Part shown: piece after piece, positions 45,213 to 54,761 of the stretch
How positions within the stretch are numbered: position 1 is the stretch's first letter
Layout: every line of letters begins with the position of its first letter
From: an uncultured bacterium
GTDB lineage: Bacteria > Bacillota_I > Bacilli_A > RFN20 > CAG-826
Reading direction: 5' to 3'
Assembly: GCA_949288485.1 (NCBI GenBank)
Contig: CASEKC010000005.1
Coordinates: 36,658 to 100,657 of the forward strand
Length of the DNA stretch: 64,000 nucleotides
The notes under the pieces: model-generated
Databases searched by the model: none
The model's input: only the letters and a program-made list of their open reading frames with translations
What the model was told of the DNA's origin: nothing
Program-made: the position numbers and the translations under genes

Positions 45213-45580
45213 TTTATTTTATCATCCTAATTCTCCCATTCTTTCTTCTCTTAATTCTGAAGGAGTTTTCTTATCATTTACTTTTCTCATCATGGCATAG
45301 GATTGAATTGCTTTCCAGCCAGTTACTTTAACAACCAAAAGAATTCATTGACATTATTTCACCATTATAAGAAACATGTTTTTCATCAACTATAGTAGCT
45401 ATTTCATTAGGATGAGATATAACGTATATCTCATCTCCTATTTTAATAAGACCTTCTTTAATCATCCAATCGTATTTAGGTAAAGAAGTAAAATTTTTTT
45501 GTTCTTATTTCTTCTGTTTCGTCTCCGTTTTTTATCGCTTTAAATGAAGGCTCAACTAAAATTAAGTTTTCTTCTAATCC
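45213..45580 (-). pseudogene. Degenerate duplicate of the 3' half of the GIY-YIG/DUF4357 gene
   Basis: About 370 bp aligns with 47537-47905 with scattered substitutions and indels that break the frame. Confidence 0.65.
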
Positions 45581-45637
45581 TACAAATTAAAAGTAAAAAT
45601 TTATAAAAAATTCTTACATAAAAACGTTAATAGTCAA

Positions 45638-47407
45638 TTACACCTCAAACGTAAAGTTATCTACTTCCCCATTTCCATATAAATATACTGAGCATGAAAA
45701 CTGATTTTTAATTAACCATTTAAAGGATTTAACACTAAAAAGTTTGACTGTTTGACTCGTGTTGCTCACAAGCGTAAGTTGAAAATTCAATTCATTCGTT
45801 TGAGAATGGCTGACCTCAAAATAATAATCTTCATTTGGACTATATTGAGCAGGCGTTGGCAAATACCGTGATAATTTTTGGCCATCGTCATCTTGGTACC
45901 AACTAAAATTAAAGGATTCATTACTACATTTTGCGCCGAAAAGAATGTAAGGTAGAGATATTTTATTTATATACTTATCAAAATTCCGTAATTTTGAAGA
46001 ATTTCCAGTAATATACAAATAATTTATGAGTTCTCTGTTTGAAGAAGAAATTCCTTCGTCCATATTCTCTAAATTCTCAAATTGAGACTTATCCCGAGTA
46101 ATTTTAGGAATATAAGTTTTAACATAATCAAAATCACTCATAATTTTTAAAGCAGATTTATAATCATAAGATATATTATTTAATAAATAGGTTATTCTAT
46201 CATTTTGTTCGCTTTCACCCACAAAATTTGCTATTTCATTTTTTAAAAGGTAATAATTAGAAGCGTTAGTATATTCGTTATAAATATCTTCTAAGTCATA
46301 ATGTCCATCTACAATCGACATTAAATATTCTATTTCATAATTATAATCAGATACATCGCCATTACTAGGATTATAATTATATACCATATTAAGCAATTTT
46401 ATATAGTAATCATAAATTTTCTCTTGTGTTTGTTTATTATTAAAATAAATAATAGGTGCAGTTATTACCAGCGAAATACAACCAATAGATAATATAATAA
46501 GAGATGCTTTAGCGATATCATTTATTCTTTTTTTCTTAACTATATCATTGTTTAAATTATCGATGTCTTTTATTAATTTATTATATTCCTCTTCAGAGCT
46601 TACTAGGATAAGGTCTTCTTGTATTTTTTTTATTCTGTTTTCAAAAATTACTTTATTTTTTTTGTTAAGACTTTTTAAGTCTATTTTTTTATTAAAATAG
46701 TATTTTTCTGCCTTATCCTTAAAGTTAATTTTAACAAGTCGTTCTTCTTTTTTAATTATTTCGTTTTCAATTTTCGTTTTGCTAGATTCGGACTTAATAC
46801 TGTTTTCATTTTGTTCTATAGAAAATACGTTTACTTTTTGGGATTCAGACCCAAATTTAGTATTAAAATCATCATCTTTTAAAATTAAAATTAATATACC
46901 ACCTATAAAACTTACGAAGAAAAGACTCAATATTCCAGTTACAATTAATTTATTTAAGTTATTTGTTTTTTTACAGGATTTTAAAGATATTATGCATAAC
47001 GGTATATTTATTAGATATAATAACAATCCTAAATAACTTAAATAGTGACCATTTGTTAAACCGAATATCGATCCGCAAAATGCAATCGGACTTAAAACAC
47101 ATCCTATAATTTCCCAAATTTTTATAGTTAAATATTTTTTCGGATTTAAAGTCTTTATTGATTTAGTTTCCTTTTGTTTGCTTTTCATTTCATTATCTGG
47201 GTTTTGAAAATCTATATCTTTTAGTAAATAATCTAAACTAACATTCATTGCGTTGCTTATTTTAACTATTGTTTCGAGATTTGGAACAATTTTGTCTGAT
47301 TCCCAATTTCTTACTTCTTCATCATTTATATTCAATAAATTTGCAAGAGCATTAATTGAAATATTTTTGTTTTGTCTAATATTAGCGATTTTTTCCCCAA
47401 ATGTCAT
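45638..47407 (-). CDS. XRE-HTH protein with central transmembrane segments and a large C-terminal domain
   Basis: N-terminus MTFGEKIANIRQNKNISINALANLLNINDEEVRNWESDKIVPNLETIVKISNAMNVSLDYLL. There are hydrophobic segments around aa 95-175 and aa 300-320. The C-terminal 270 aa is unassigned. Confidence 0.6.
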   Translation of the reverse strand: MTFGEKIANIRQNKNISINALANLLNINDEEVRNWESDKIVPNLETIVKISNAMNVSLDYLLKDIDFQNPDNEMKSKQKETKSIKTLNPKKYLTIKIWEIIGCVLSPIAFCGSIFGLTNGHYLSYLGLLLYLINIPLCIISLKSCKKTNNLNKLIVTGILSLFFVSFIGGILILILKDDDFNTKFGSESQKVNVFSIEQNENSIKSESSKTKIENEIIKKEERLVKINFKDKAEKYYFNKKIDLKSLNKKNKVIFENRIKKIQEDLILVSSEEEYNKLIKDIDNLNNDIVKKKRINDIAKASLIILSIGCISLVITAPIIYFNNKQTQEKIYDYYIKLLNMVYNYNPSNGDVSDYNYEIEYLMSIVDGHYDLEDIYNEYTNASNYYLLKNEIANFVGESEQNDRITYLLNNISYDYKSALKIMSDFDYVKTYIPKITRDKSQFENLENMDEGISSSNRELINYLYITGNSSKLRNFDKYINKISLPYILFGAKCSNESFNFSWYQDDDGQKLSRYLPTPAQYSPNEDYYFEVSHSQTNELNFQLTLVSNTSQTVKLFSVKSFKWLIKNQFSCSVYLYGNGEVDNFTFEV

Positions 47408-47537
47408 ATTTTTACCTCACAATAAATTAAAATATAATTGATTTCTATGTATTTTGAATTTAAGAAAATAAACAAATTTTATTTATTTTTTAATAAAAAT
47501 TGATATATAAAATTTATCTAAAATATTAACTACATTT

Positions 47538-48230
47538 CTATTTTATCATCCCTAATAATCTCATTCTTTCTTCTCTTAATTCTGAAAGAGTTTTTTTATC
47601 ATTTACTTTTCTCATCATGGTATAGGATTGAATTGCTTTCCATCCTGTTACTTTACAGCCAAACGAATTCATCGACATAATTTCACCATTATAAGAAACA
47701 TGTTTTCCATCAACTATAGTAGCTATTTCATTAGGATGAGATATGACACATATCTCATCCCCTATTTTAATAAGACCTTCTTTTATCATCCAATCAAATT
47801 TAGGTAAAGAAGTAAAGCTTCTTTTAGTTCTTATCTCTTCTGCCTCTTCTTCATCTTTTATTTCTTTAAAAGAAGGCTCAACTAAAACTAGGTTTTCTTC
47901 TAATCCATTAATTTGAGCAATTGTTTCTAAAATAGAATAGGCATCAGAAGGAGACATATTATAAAATTCTCTTTTTCTTGTTTTCCCATCAAATTCTTCA
48001 ATACTTCTTAAATTAGGATTAAGTTTATCAATCATTTGATGAAGTTTCATATCACTAAGTCTTTTAGGCACCTCATAATATGCATAAAGCCTAAAAGCAA
48101 AAGGAATACATTCACTTCTATTAAGTTCTTTAAGCCTTTTATTTACATCGTCCGCATAGCCTATCTTCACATAGTCTGGGAATGATGGGTTGGTAAGTAT
48201 GTAGATTACGCCTTGTGTTTTAGATTCCAT
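47538..48230 (-). CDS. GIY-YIG domain protein with a DUF4357-like C-terminus
   Basis: N-terminus GVIYILTNPSFPDYVKIGYADDVNKRLKELNRS... It is adjacent to the type III R-M genes, a common association. Confidence 0.65.
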   Translation of the reverse strand: MESKTQGVIYILTNPSFPDYVKIGYADDVNKRLKELNRSECIPFAFRLYAYYEVPKRLSDMKLHQMIDKLNPNLRSIEEFDGKTRKREFYNMSPSDAYSILETIAQINGLEENLVLVEPSFKEIKDEEEAEEIRTKRSFTSLPKFDWMIKEGLIKIGDEICVISHPNEIATIVDGKHVSYNGEIMSMNSFGCKVTGWKAIQSYTMMRKVNDKKTLSELREERMRLLGMIK

Positions 48231-48233
48231 AGA

Positions 48234-50612
48234 TTAGTTGTTTCCCATTTCTTCGGCTAATTTTTTTAAATATTCTGCATTATGAACATTTGTATCGACG
48301 CTTCTTAAAATTTCATTAAAATTAATCCAGTTTTCTCTAGATTCACCATAGTCATGATATTCAAGTTGATCGTAGTAATAGAATTGAGTACCGCTCTTTA
48401 CAACTATTCCACCTATTACCTTAGGCGCGTGCCCTCTATTTTGGTTGATGTTTGTTAAATATCTGTGCAAAGCTTCAGCCTTAACCTTAGTATCATCAAC
48501 ACGTTGACCTATTCCTTTTGTATCAAATATACCAACTGTGCCATCTTTAAATTTAACAAAAAAATCGGGTTGAAATGTATTTAATTCACCATTATAGGCT
48601 ATACCAAAATTAACTCTCATCAATTCAGGTCCATTTTCCCAATACCACTCAACCTCATCAGAACGGTCTAAATAACTCAAAAAATCAACTTCAAGTTGAT
48701 TAATATGGCCCGTGGTGGTATCTTTAGCCACAAATAAAGGCTGGTATAGAGATTTAGAAGCAACAATAGCTTCATGCGTTTCTAAAGAATAACTTCTCTT
48801 ATTTTCTATCTTAAAGTCATAATGTTCGCTTTGTTTTCCTTTGCCGGCAACCAAAATATCTCTGAATTTTTGAGTAGCTTCATTTAATAATTCTGCAAAA
48901 ATGTTAGAATTATTAACTACTATTCTTTGTATAACACCAACTTTTGTGCTTCTAGGAAAGACATCATAAAATTTAGTAAAAGTTGTAATAATTGCTGAGT
49001 TAATGACTGGCTTAGAACGAATAAACGCTAATCCATTAAGATTACTTCTTATTAAATCATAATATTGAGCTATTACATCAGTATCGGACATTTTTACTTG
49101 AACAGTTTCATTTAGTACTTTTTGCTCATTATCAATCGTTGCAGAAGCTACTTGCGTTTCTTGAATCATCATATCATTAGTACGAGTGCTTAAATCAAGT
49201 CTCTTAGCTTCTAATTTCAATTCATTTTGAGCATATATACCATATTTTTCATCTTCAGTAAAACGAAAGAAGTCCATAAAAACTTTTTCATATATTGCAT
49301 AAAAACGTGAATCAGCAGAATTATAGTTTCCCTGCCTAGAACGATAAAATGATTTTAGCTGCGTTTGCTCCCAAACTCTAAGCTTAGTATAAGGTTTTCT
49401 AAAATAAGAAGTTTCAGTTTTAATTCTATTAGGTGAATAAGTTTCACGGCGAGTCTCAAAATCTTTAATATTTGTATAAATATAAGCGCTATCTAATAGT
49501 TCGTCATTGTAAGATTTAGCTTCAGCTGTGCGTAGAATTCTACCTATGGTTTGAATTTCAAAAGTTTCTGACTTTCCATCTCTAAATTTGACTAGTATTT
49601 GAGCACGAGGGCAATCCCGACCAGTAGCAACGGCAGTTTTAAAAACTAAATAATCAGTTATATCATCAAGTTTTCTTATAGCTTTTTTATCAAAATTGCC
49701 TTTATCATCACACCAAAACTTAAGTTTGCCATTTTCTTCAGTAATCCCTTTATCATTAAGAAAATCTGTAATTACTCTTTTCTTATCTTCGCCTGCATCG
49801 GTATTTGGTATTTGTATTAACATAAGGGGATTAACTATCGAGCCATAGCTTTCATATTTCTTTTTTAATTCTTCTCTTTTAGCAAAAGCTTTCTCTAATA
49901 CAATGTTTTCAGATTCTTTTTCTTCTAAAGATCGATCTTTCCTACTAATGCCTTCATTTACGATAACATCAACTTTAATCATTCCTTCATCAATTACGTC
50001 TTGTGAATCTACTTCAACATCTGGCTCAGTTAAAGGAGTAGCAGACATTTCAATAGTGATTAATGGTTCAATAATTGTATCTTTAAATTCCTTTATCCTT
50101 GCATTTGCATTGGCACCAATATGTGATTCGTCAACTAAAAGAACTAAATTAATTCCTTCATTTCTAGTATTTTCTAAAACGTTGACAAAGTTTAGGCCTT
50201 CTTGATCTTTCATTAGATTGTTTTTCCACTTGCCGGTTGGTTTATCTTTATCTACTAATTTTTCCCAGTTAACAAAAACAATCTCTTTATTATGAATGTC
50301 TTTTCTTGTTCCAAAAAACTCATCTTCTAATAAAGAACAAACTGGATCTCCTCCTAAATACTCGTTAACTGCATTAAACGATTGTTTATGAAGTTCACCT
50401 TTACCAGGACAAGCCCAAACAACACAAAATCTATCTGTATCATTTTCTTCAGTTACTTCTTCAAAAAGAGCAGAAATCATAAACGTTTTACCACTACCAG
50501 TAGGAGCTTTAAAAACAATCTTTCCTTTGCTTTTTTCATCAAGCAAAAGAGTTAATCTACTTTTTAATTTATCAACAGCAGTTCTCTGATAATTTTTTAA
50601 TGGATACTTCAT
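48234..50612 (-). CDS. res: Type III restriction enzyme, Res subunit
   Basis: Helicase motif I APTGSGKT, motif II VDESH, and a C-terminal nuclease-like segment ..FQPDFFVKFKDGTVGIFDTKG... Confidence 0.8.
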   Translation of the reverse strand: MKYPLKNYQRTAVDKLKSRLTLLLDEKSKGKIVFKAPTGSGKTFMISALFEEVTEENDTDRFCVVWACPGKGELHKQSFNAVNEYLGGDPVCSLLEDEFFGTRKDIHNKEIVFVNWEKLVDKDKPTGKWKNNLMKDQEGLNFVNVLENTRNEGINLVLLVDESHIGANANARIKEFKDTIIEPLITIEMSATPLTEPDVEVDSQDVIDEGMIKVDVIVNEGISRKDRSLEEKESENIVLEKAFAKREELKKKYESYGSIVNPLMLIQIPNTDAGEDKKRVITDFLNDKGITEENGKLKFWCDDKGNFDKKAIRKLDDITDYLVFKTAVATGRDCPRAQILVKFRDGKSETFEIQTIGRILRTAEAKSYNDELLDSAYIYTNIKDFETRRETYSPNRIKTETSYFRKPYTKLRVWEQTQLKSFYRSRQGNYNSADSRFYAIYEKVFMDFFRFTEDEKYGIYAQNELKLEAKRLDLSTRTNDMMIQETQVASATIDNEQKVLNETVQVKMSDTDVIAQYYDLIRSNLNGLAFIRSKPVINSAIITTFTKFYDVFPRSTKVGVIQRIVVNNSNIFAELLNEATQKFRDILVAGKGKQSEHYDFKIENKRSYSLETHEAIVASKSLYQPLFVAKDTTTGHINQLEVDFLSYLDRSDEVEWYWENGPELMRVNFGIAYNGELNTFQPDFFVKFKDGTVGIFDTKGIGQRVDDTKVKAEALHRYLTNINQNRGHAPKVIGGIVVKSGTQFYYYDQLEYHDYGESRENWINFNEILRSVDTNVHNAEYLKKLAEEMGNN

Positions 50613-50615
50613 AGC

Positions 50616-52331
50616 CTATTCTCCCCTCTTTATGCTTTCTACAATTTCTTTATAAATCTCGTAAATCTTAGATGGTATTGGTTTAACTGTTACATTGTTT
50701 AATCCATCTAAATCAAATGCATCAAGTGAATCATTTGTTGAAAAAACATACAAAATACAAGGTTTTTTAACCTCTTTTATTCTCTTTTTCATCACATTAA
50801 AGCTTTCCTCGGAATAAAAATCGTTGTAAACGAATAATTCTTTTACATTAGAGGAGTACTCAAACCACACAGTGTGTGAAGAAACTAAATCGTAGCAATC
50901 TTCTAAGATGCATAATAAACCATTACATTTTTCAACAAGTGAATACTTGGCCTGATCACGGTTAGCCTCATCCTTAACAAAATCAGTTTTAAAGTAATAA
51001 AGATTAGTCGGAATGCCATCACTATATTTAGATCCATCTTCCCTTATACCGGTTATGACAGTTTTCAAGCGAGGGTAACAAACGTCAGTGCATATATTAT
51101 TTTCATTGTTGGTGCAAAGAATGAACTTTCTATGTCCCGAATCTTCTTTATTTAGCTCAAGGACTGCTTGGCCAGTCGTTCCTGAACCAGCAAAAAAATC
51201 TAGAACTGTACAATTTTGATTAGGGCAACGATCAACAATCCATTTAATCAAATCAACCGGTTTTGGATATTTGAATTTTTTAGCTCCGAATAAAGAAATT
51301 AATTTATTAGAAGCTTGAGTTGAAGAAAATTTATCAATTAAAGCAAGAGGTATTCTTGTTCTTGGAACTAAATTGCCATCCTTATCACAATTCGTATATT
51401 GTTTTGTATAAACTTGCCATATTCCTTTTTTGTCCTTTCTATAGACAATAAAATCGTTTGATAATCCCCATTCTAATTTTGCTTTTGACCATCTCCGACA
51501 AGCTCGTTCTTTATCACTATTATCTACCGGATAAACGCTTGTGCCATCAGGCATTTCAATCGGATAATCTAAAGACTTTGAATATTGAATGCTAGCACTT
51601 GCTAATTTAACTAATTGATATTTTCCTCTGGTATTAATATATTTATCCGATAATTTATAACGACTTTCGTCTTCAATATCAACATTTTTTGTTTCATAAA
51701 AATTTACATCTCTGGCGTAGCAAAGAATGTACTCGTGCTTAGTTTTAAAAAATTTACTGTCAGAACCGCCACCGCCTTCTTTATTAGTCCAAATTAACTG
51801 CGCTACAAAATTTTTAGAGCCAAATATTGAATCGCACAAAAGCTTTAAATTTGCTTGCTCTCTATCATCAATGCTAATAAATATTGAACCGTTTTGTTTT
51901 AAAAGTTTTTTAGCTAATTTAAGTCTTTTAGACATAAAATTAAGCCATTTAGAATGTATAAATCCATCTTCTGAATTAACAAATTTATCATTATAAGAAA
52001 AGCCACCATCTCCCGTATCATTTCCAGTATTATATGGTGGATCTATATAAATTACATCAATACTTTCCTTTAAAATATAATTCAATGTGGTAAGCACATG
52101 AAAATTGTCTCCTTCAATCAGAAGGTTATTATCAATTCCTCGTATAATTGTGGCCGATTCATTCATTGCTAAAACGGGAATGTTCTCTTTGCATTTTAAA
52201 ACAATATTCTCAGGTATATCCTCTTTATCCCAAACAAGACCATATTTCTTATTATTTTTTATCTCTTTTTCTAGTTCATTTATATATGCCAGTAAATCTC
52301 CCGTACTAAGCTTCTTATTATTTAAATCCAT
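50616..52331 (-). CDS. mod: Type III DNA methyltransferase, Mod subunit
   Basis: Catalytic motif DPPYNTG precedes the AdoMet motif FFAGSGTT (beta-class order). A 3-nt gap separates it from res. Confidence 0.8.
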   Translation of the reverse strand: MDLNNKKLSTGDLLAYINELEKEIKNNKKYGLVWDKEDIPENIVLKCKENIPVLAMNESATIIRGIDNNLLIEGDNFHVLTTLNYILKESIDVIYIDPPYNTGNDTGDGGFSYNDKFVNSEDGFIHSKWLNFMSKRLKLAKKLLKQNGSIFISIDDREQANLKLLCDSIFGSKNFVAQLIWTNKEGGGGSDSKFFKTKHEYILCYARDVNFYETKNVDIEDESRYKLSDKYINTRGKYQLVKLASASIQYSKSLDYPIEMPDGTSVYPVDNSDKERACRRWSKAKLEWGLSNDFIVYRKDKKGIWQVYTKQYTNCDKDGNLVPRTRIPLALIDKFSSTQASNKLISLFGAKKFKYPKPVDLIKWIVDRCPNQNCTVLDFFAGSGTTGQAVLELNKEDSGHRKFILCTNNENNICTDVCYPRLKTVITGIREDGSKYSDGIPTNLYYFKTDFVKDEANRDQAKYSLVEKCNGLLCILEDCYDLVSSHTVWFEYSSNVKELFVYNDFYSEESFNVMKKRIKEVKKPCILYVFSTNDSLDAFDLDGLNNVTVKPIPSKIYEIYKEIVESIKRGE

Positions 52332-52356
52332 TATTTGATACCACCTTTATCATTTA

Positions 52357-52548
52357 TTATTCAATCTTCATCCCGGCCTCATCAAAGAGACCGATGAGTT
52401 TCTTCTTCATAGCCATATTATGTTCAAATCTTCTAGTTTCCCAACTGCATATAGTAATAAAACCCCATACTAATATTTTTGCTAGTTGTCCTTGAGTTAA
52501 TAATTTTCTCTCACGATAATATCTTATCTTTTTAGTACAATCAAACAT
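52357..52548 (-). CDS. Small XRE-like HTH protein upstream of mod, possibly degenerate
   Basis: ..RERKLLTQGQLAKIL.. followed by an atypical sequence. This may be a controller-like regulator or a decayed one. Confidence 0.35.
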   Translation of the reverse strand: MFDCTKKIRYYRERKLLTQGQLAKILVWGFITICSWETRRFEHNMAMKKKLIGLFDEAGMKIE

Positions 52549-52756
52549 TAAGCAATCATAGAAACAATTAACAATATTTTACCATAAGTCAATGTTTAAC
52601 CATAACTTTTAAGGAAGTTAATTGTCACTATAGTTGTTACTCTTATTCATTTTTACTACTTCTTGTCACTGTTCTCTCTTTCTGCCCGAATATTTTTTAT
52701 TATATATAAAAAGAAGTAGCAAAAATTTTAATAGTAAGTATAAAGAAATTTAATAG

Positions 52757-52966
52757 TTATTTTCTAATTTTTTTCATTCCCAATTCCCAAAAGTTTGATC
52801 TATTTATTTTTGGTTTAATATACTCTCCATCATTTATTAATTTTTCTTCAAATGCTTCTATTTGTTTAAGAGTATTTTTAAACTTTTTTAAGTTGCAAGA
52901 CGCTTTTAAGTTATCGATTTGTTTAAAAAGTGACCCATCCTTTTTGTTAGGAAAAAGAAAATTCAA
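52757..52966 (-). CDS. Hypothetical small protein
   Basis: 69-aa ORF overlapping the upstream gene by 4 nt. Confidence 0.35.
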   Translation of the reverse strand: MNFLFPNKKDGSLFKQIDNLKASCNLKKFKNTLKQIEAFEEKLINDGEYIKPKINRSNFWELGMKKIRK

Positions 52967-53355
52967 TTCCTTTTTAAAATCATAACTTTTAGACGAATTA
53001 TATTTTTTATCATCGTTGAAAGTCTTTTTAAAATATTATCATGAATAACGGCTATTATTTTATTAGTGTTAATTTCATACATATCCACATTATTTTCTTT
53101 TCCTATATTTTTTATTATTTCAGCTTTCGCTAACTTAGCAAAAGCTGAAATAACTGTTGGATTAGTAATCCCTAATTCTTTAGCGATTTTTGTTTTGTTA
53201 AATTTATTCCTCTGATAATAATTCGATTCTCTAAACATGTAGCCAAAAATTACAAGAGTGTTACCAAATAAATGTAAATCTTTATACATCCATTCTAATA
53301 TTTGAAAATAAGGAAATTTTGTAAGTTTTTCTTCTTGGGACTTAATATCATCCAT
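52963..53355 (-). CDS. Winged-helix/HTH_36-like DNA-binding protein (Rep N-terminal-like)
   Basis: ..FGNTLVIFGYMFRESNYYQRNKFNKTKIAKELGITNPTVISAFAKLAKAEII.. resembles the HTH found at the N-terminus of plasmid and phage replication proteins. It lies next to the repeat cluster. Confidence 0.45.
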   Translation of the reverse strand: MDDIKSQEEKLTKFPYFQILEWMYKDLHLFGNTLVIFGYMFRESNYYQRNKFNKTKIAKELGITNPTVISAFAKLAKAEIIKNIGKENNVDMYEINTNKIIAVIHDNILKRLSTMIKNIIRLKVMILKRN

Positions 53356-53519
53356 ATTTGTTTACCTCCTAAAAATTAAATCTAAATAAGGCCTTAATGA
53401 AGTAACAACATTTTAAAAATCTTCTTAAAAAGATAATTATTTTCATTGCTACAGCAACATAATAAACGAAAATGAAAAACTTGTCCGTGCTGAGTAAATC
53501 AAGATTTTTTGTGTGAGCC

Positions 53520-53735
53520 ACAAAAAGTTCCAATTCCCTTATCCTGTTATAATAATTATGTTTATTTTTCGAAGCCACAAAATGACCCCAAAATAGAAAA
53601 ATAACGATAATTCTCGTATTTTTAGACCATTATTTTTGCCACAAAATGACCCCTTTGCCACAAAAAGTACCTGCTACTCTTTATATATATTTCTAAATAA
53701 GAAATATATATAAAAAAATTTTTGCCACAAAAAGT
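53520..53735 (+). repeat. Second cluster of five CCACAAAA(A/T)G(T/A) repeats, with the same extended -10 element (53547-53555) and palindromes
   Basis: The copies start at 53520, 53577, 53641, 53660 and 53725. The block is bracketed by a perfect 20-bp inverted repeat, gtccgtgctgagtaaatcaa (53485-53504), with its reverse complement at about 54454-54473. Confidence 0.55.
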
Positions 53736-53866
53736 ACTTTTTAGTTCTAAAACTTATTTCTTGTATAGAAATAAGTTCAAAAATTTTTTCTCGATTTATC
53801 TAGAAACACATGGAAATTCTCTCTTTGCTATAATCAGATTGAACAAAAACAGGAGGAAATATCAAA

Positions 53867-54055
53867 ATGGAGAGCATTGTAAAATTTAGAATTTCAAGTA
53901 ATCGAGTTCTTGAAGAAATAGAAAAAAATAAAACAGCCACAAATAAAACAGCTGCAAAAATAATTAATGAGATGTTAGAAAAATCATTAGGTTTTAATGA
54001 AGTCGTTTTACAGTTAAAAAAGATTAATGACTCCATTGAAACACTTAATTTTTAG
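53867..54055 (+). CDS. Small RHH-like protein inside the IR-bracketed cassette
   Basis: aggagg lies 10 nt upstream. The product is MESIVKFRISSNRVLEEIEKNKTATNKTAAKIINEMLEKSL... The antisense ORF 53800..54036 is discounted. Confidence 0.45.
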   Translation: MESIVKFRISSNRVLEEIEKNKTATNKTAAKIINEMLEKSLGFNEVVLQLKKINDSIETLNF

Positions 54056-54530
54056 TCTTAAATGTTGAACGAAGACTTAAAACTTTATCGTCTTGGGCTC
54101 TCCAAATTTTTGTTTATATTAACGTCGTCCTTGAATCTTTAAAGCTATATTACGACTCGCAAAATCTTTATGTTAAAAATCTTTTCCCTCAAAAGAATTT
54201 TAAAATTGATGGACTTTATCTAATTAAAAAATTTAAACTTGAAAAAGTGTTGGATTACATAAAAGCAATTCAAGATAATGATCAAAAATTTCATGCTCTC
54301 AAAACAAAAGTAAAATCAAAAAAGTGATTACATTTTGAAAAACTGAGGCGATATAATTTACGATTAACATTTGAAAAATCTATAATGGTACCATATATCA
54401 TTTCTTTCTAAGAATTTGTCTTGTTTCTACTAAAAATTTTTACTTTTTAGGAGTTGATTTACTCAGCACGGACAGAATTTAAAAAATCTCTATAATGAAA
54501 GTAAGCAAAGAATTATGGAGGTTTATTTTA

Positions 54531-54761
54531 ATGAAAAGTAAAACTGAAATTATTACAAGTCAAAGAGTTTCAACAAAAGATATTTCTATGTATTTAGATT
54601 GCTCTTCAGGTAAAGCATATCTTATTAAAAAGATGTGTGAAGATAAATTTAATGGATCAATTCCTGCTTTACCTAATAAAGTAACAACAGAATCGTTTCT
54701 TAAGTGTTTAAACTCATCGCTAGAAAGAGAATTAGAAAGTTTAAATGAAGGTAAAAAATAG
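54531..54761 (+). CDS. Small integrase-associated DNA-binding protein, paralog of 23563..23790
   Basis: MKSKTEIITSQRVSTKDISMYLDCSSGKAYLIKKMCEDKFNG... The start follows ggagg. Confidence 0.5.
   Translation: MKSKTEIITSQRVSTKDISMYLDCSSGKAYLIKKMCEDKFNGSIPALPNKVTTESFLKCLNSSLERELESLNEGKK

Noticed and set aside
53369-54036. ORFs 53369..53578 and 53800..54036
   Set aside because: The first runs through the iteron and promoter block and is hydrophobic nonsense. The second is antisense to the RBS-preceded RHH-like ORF 53867..54055.
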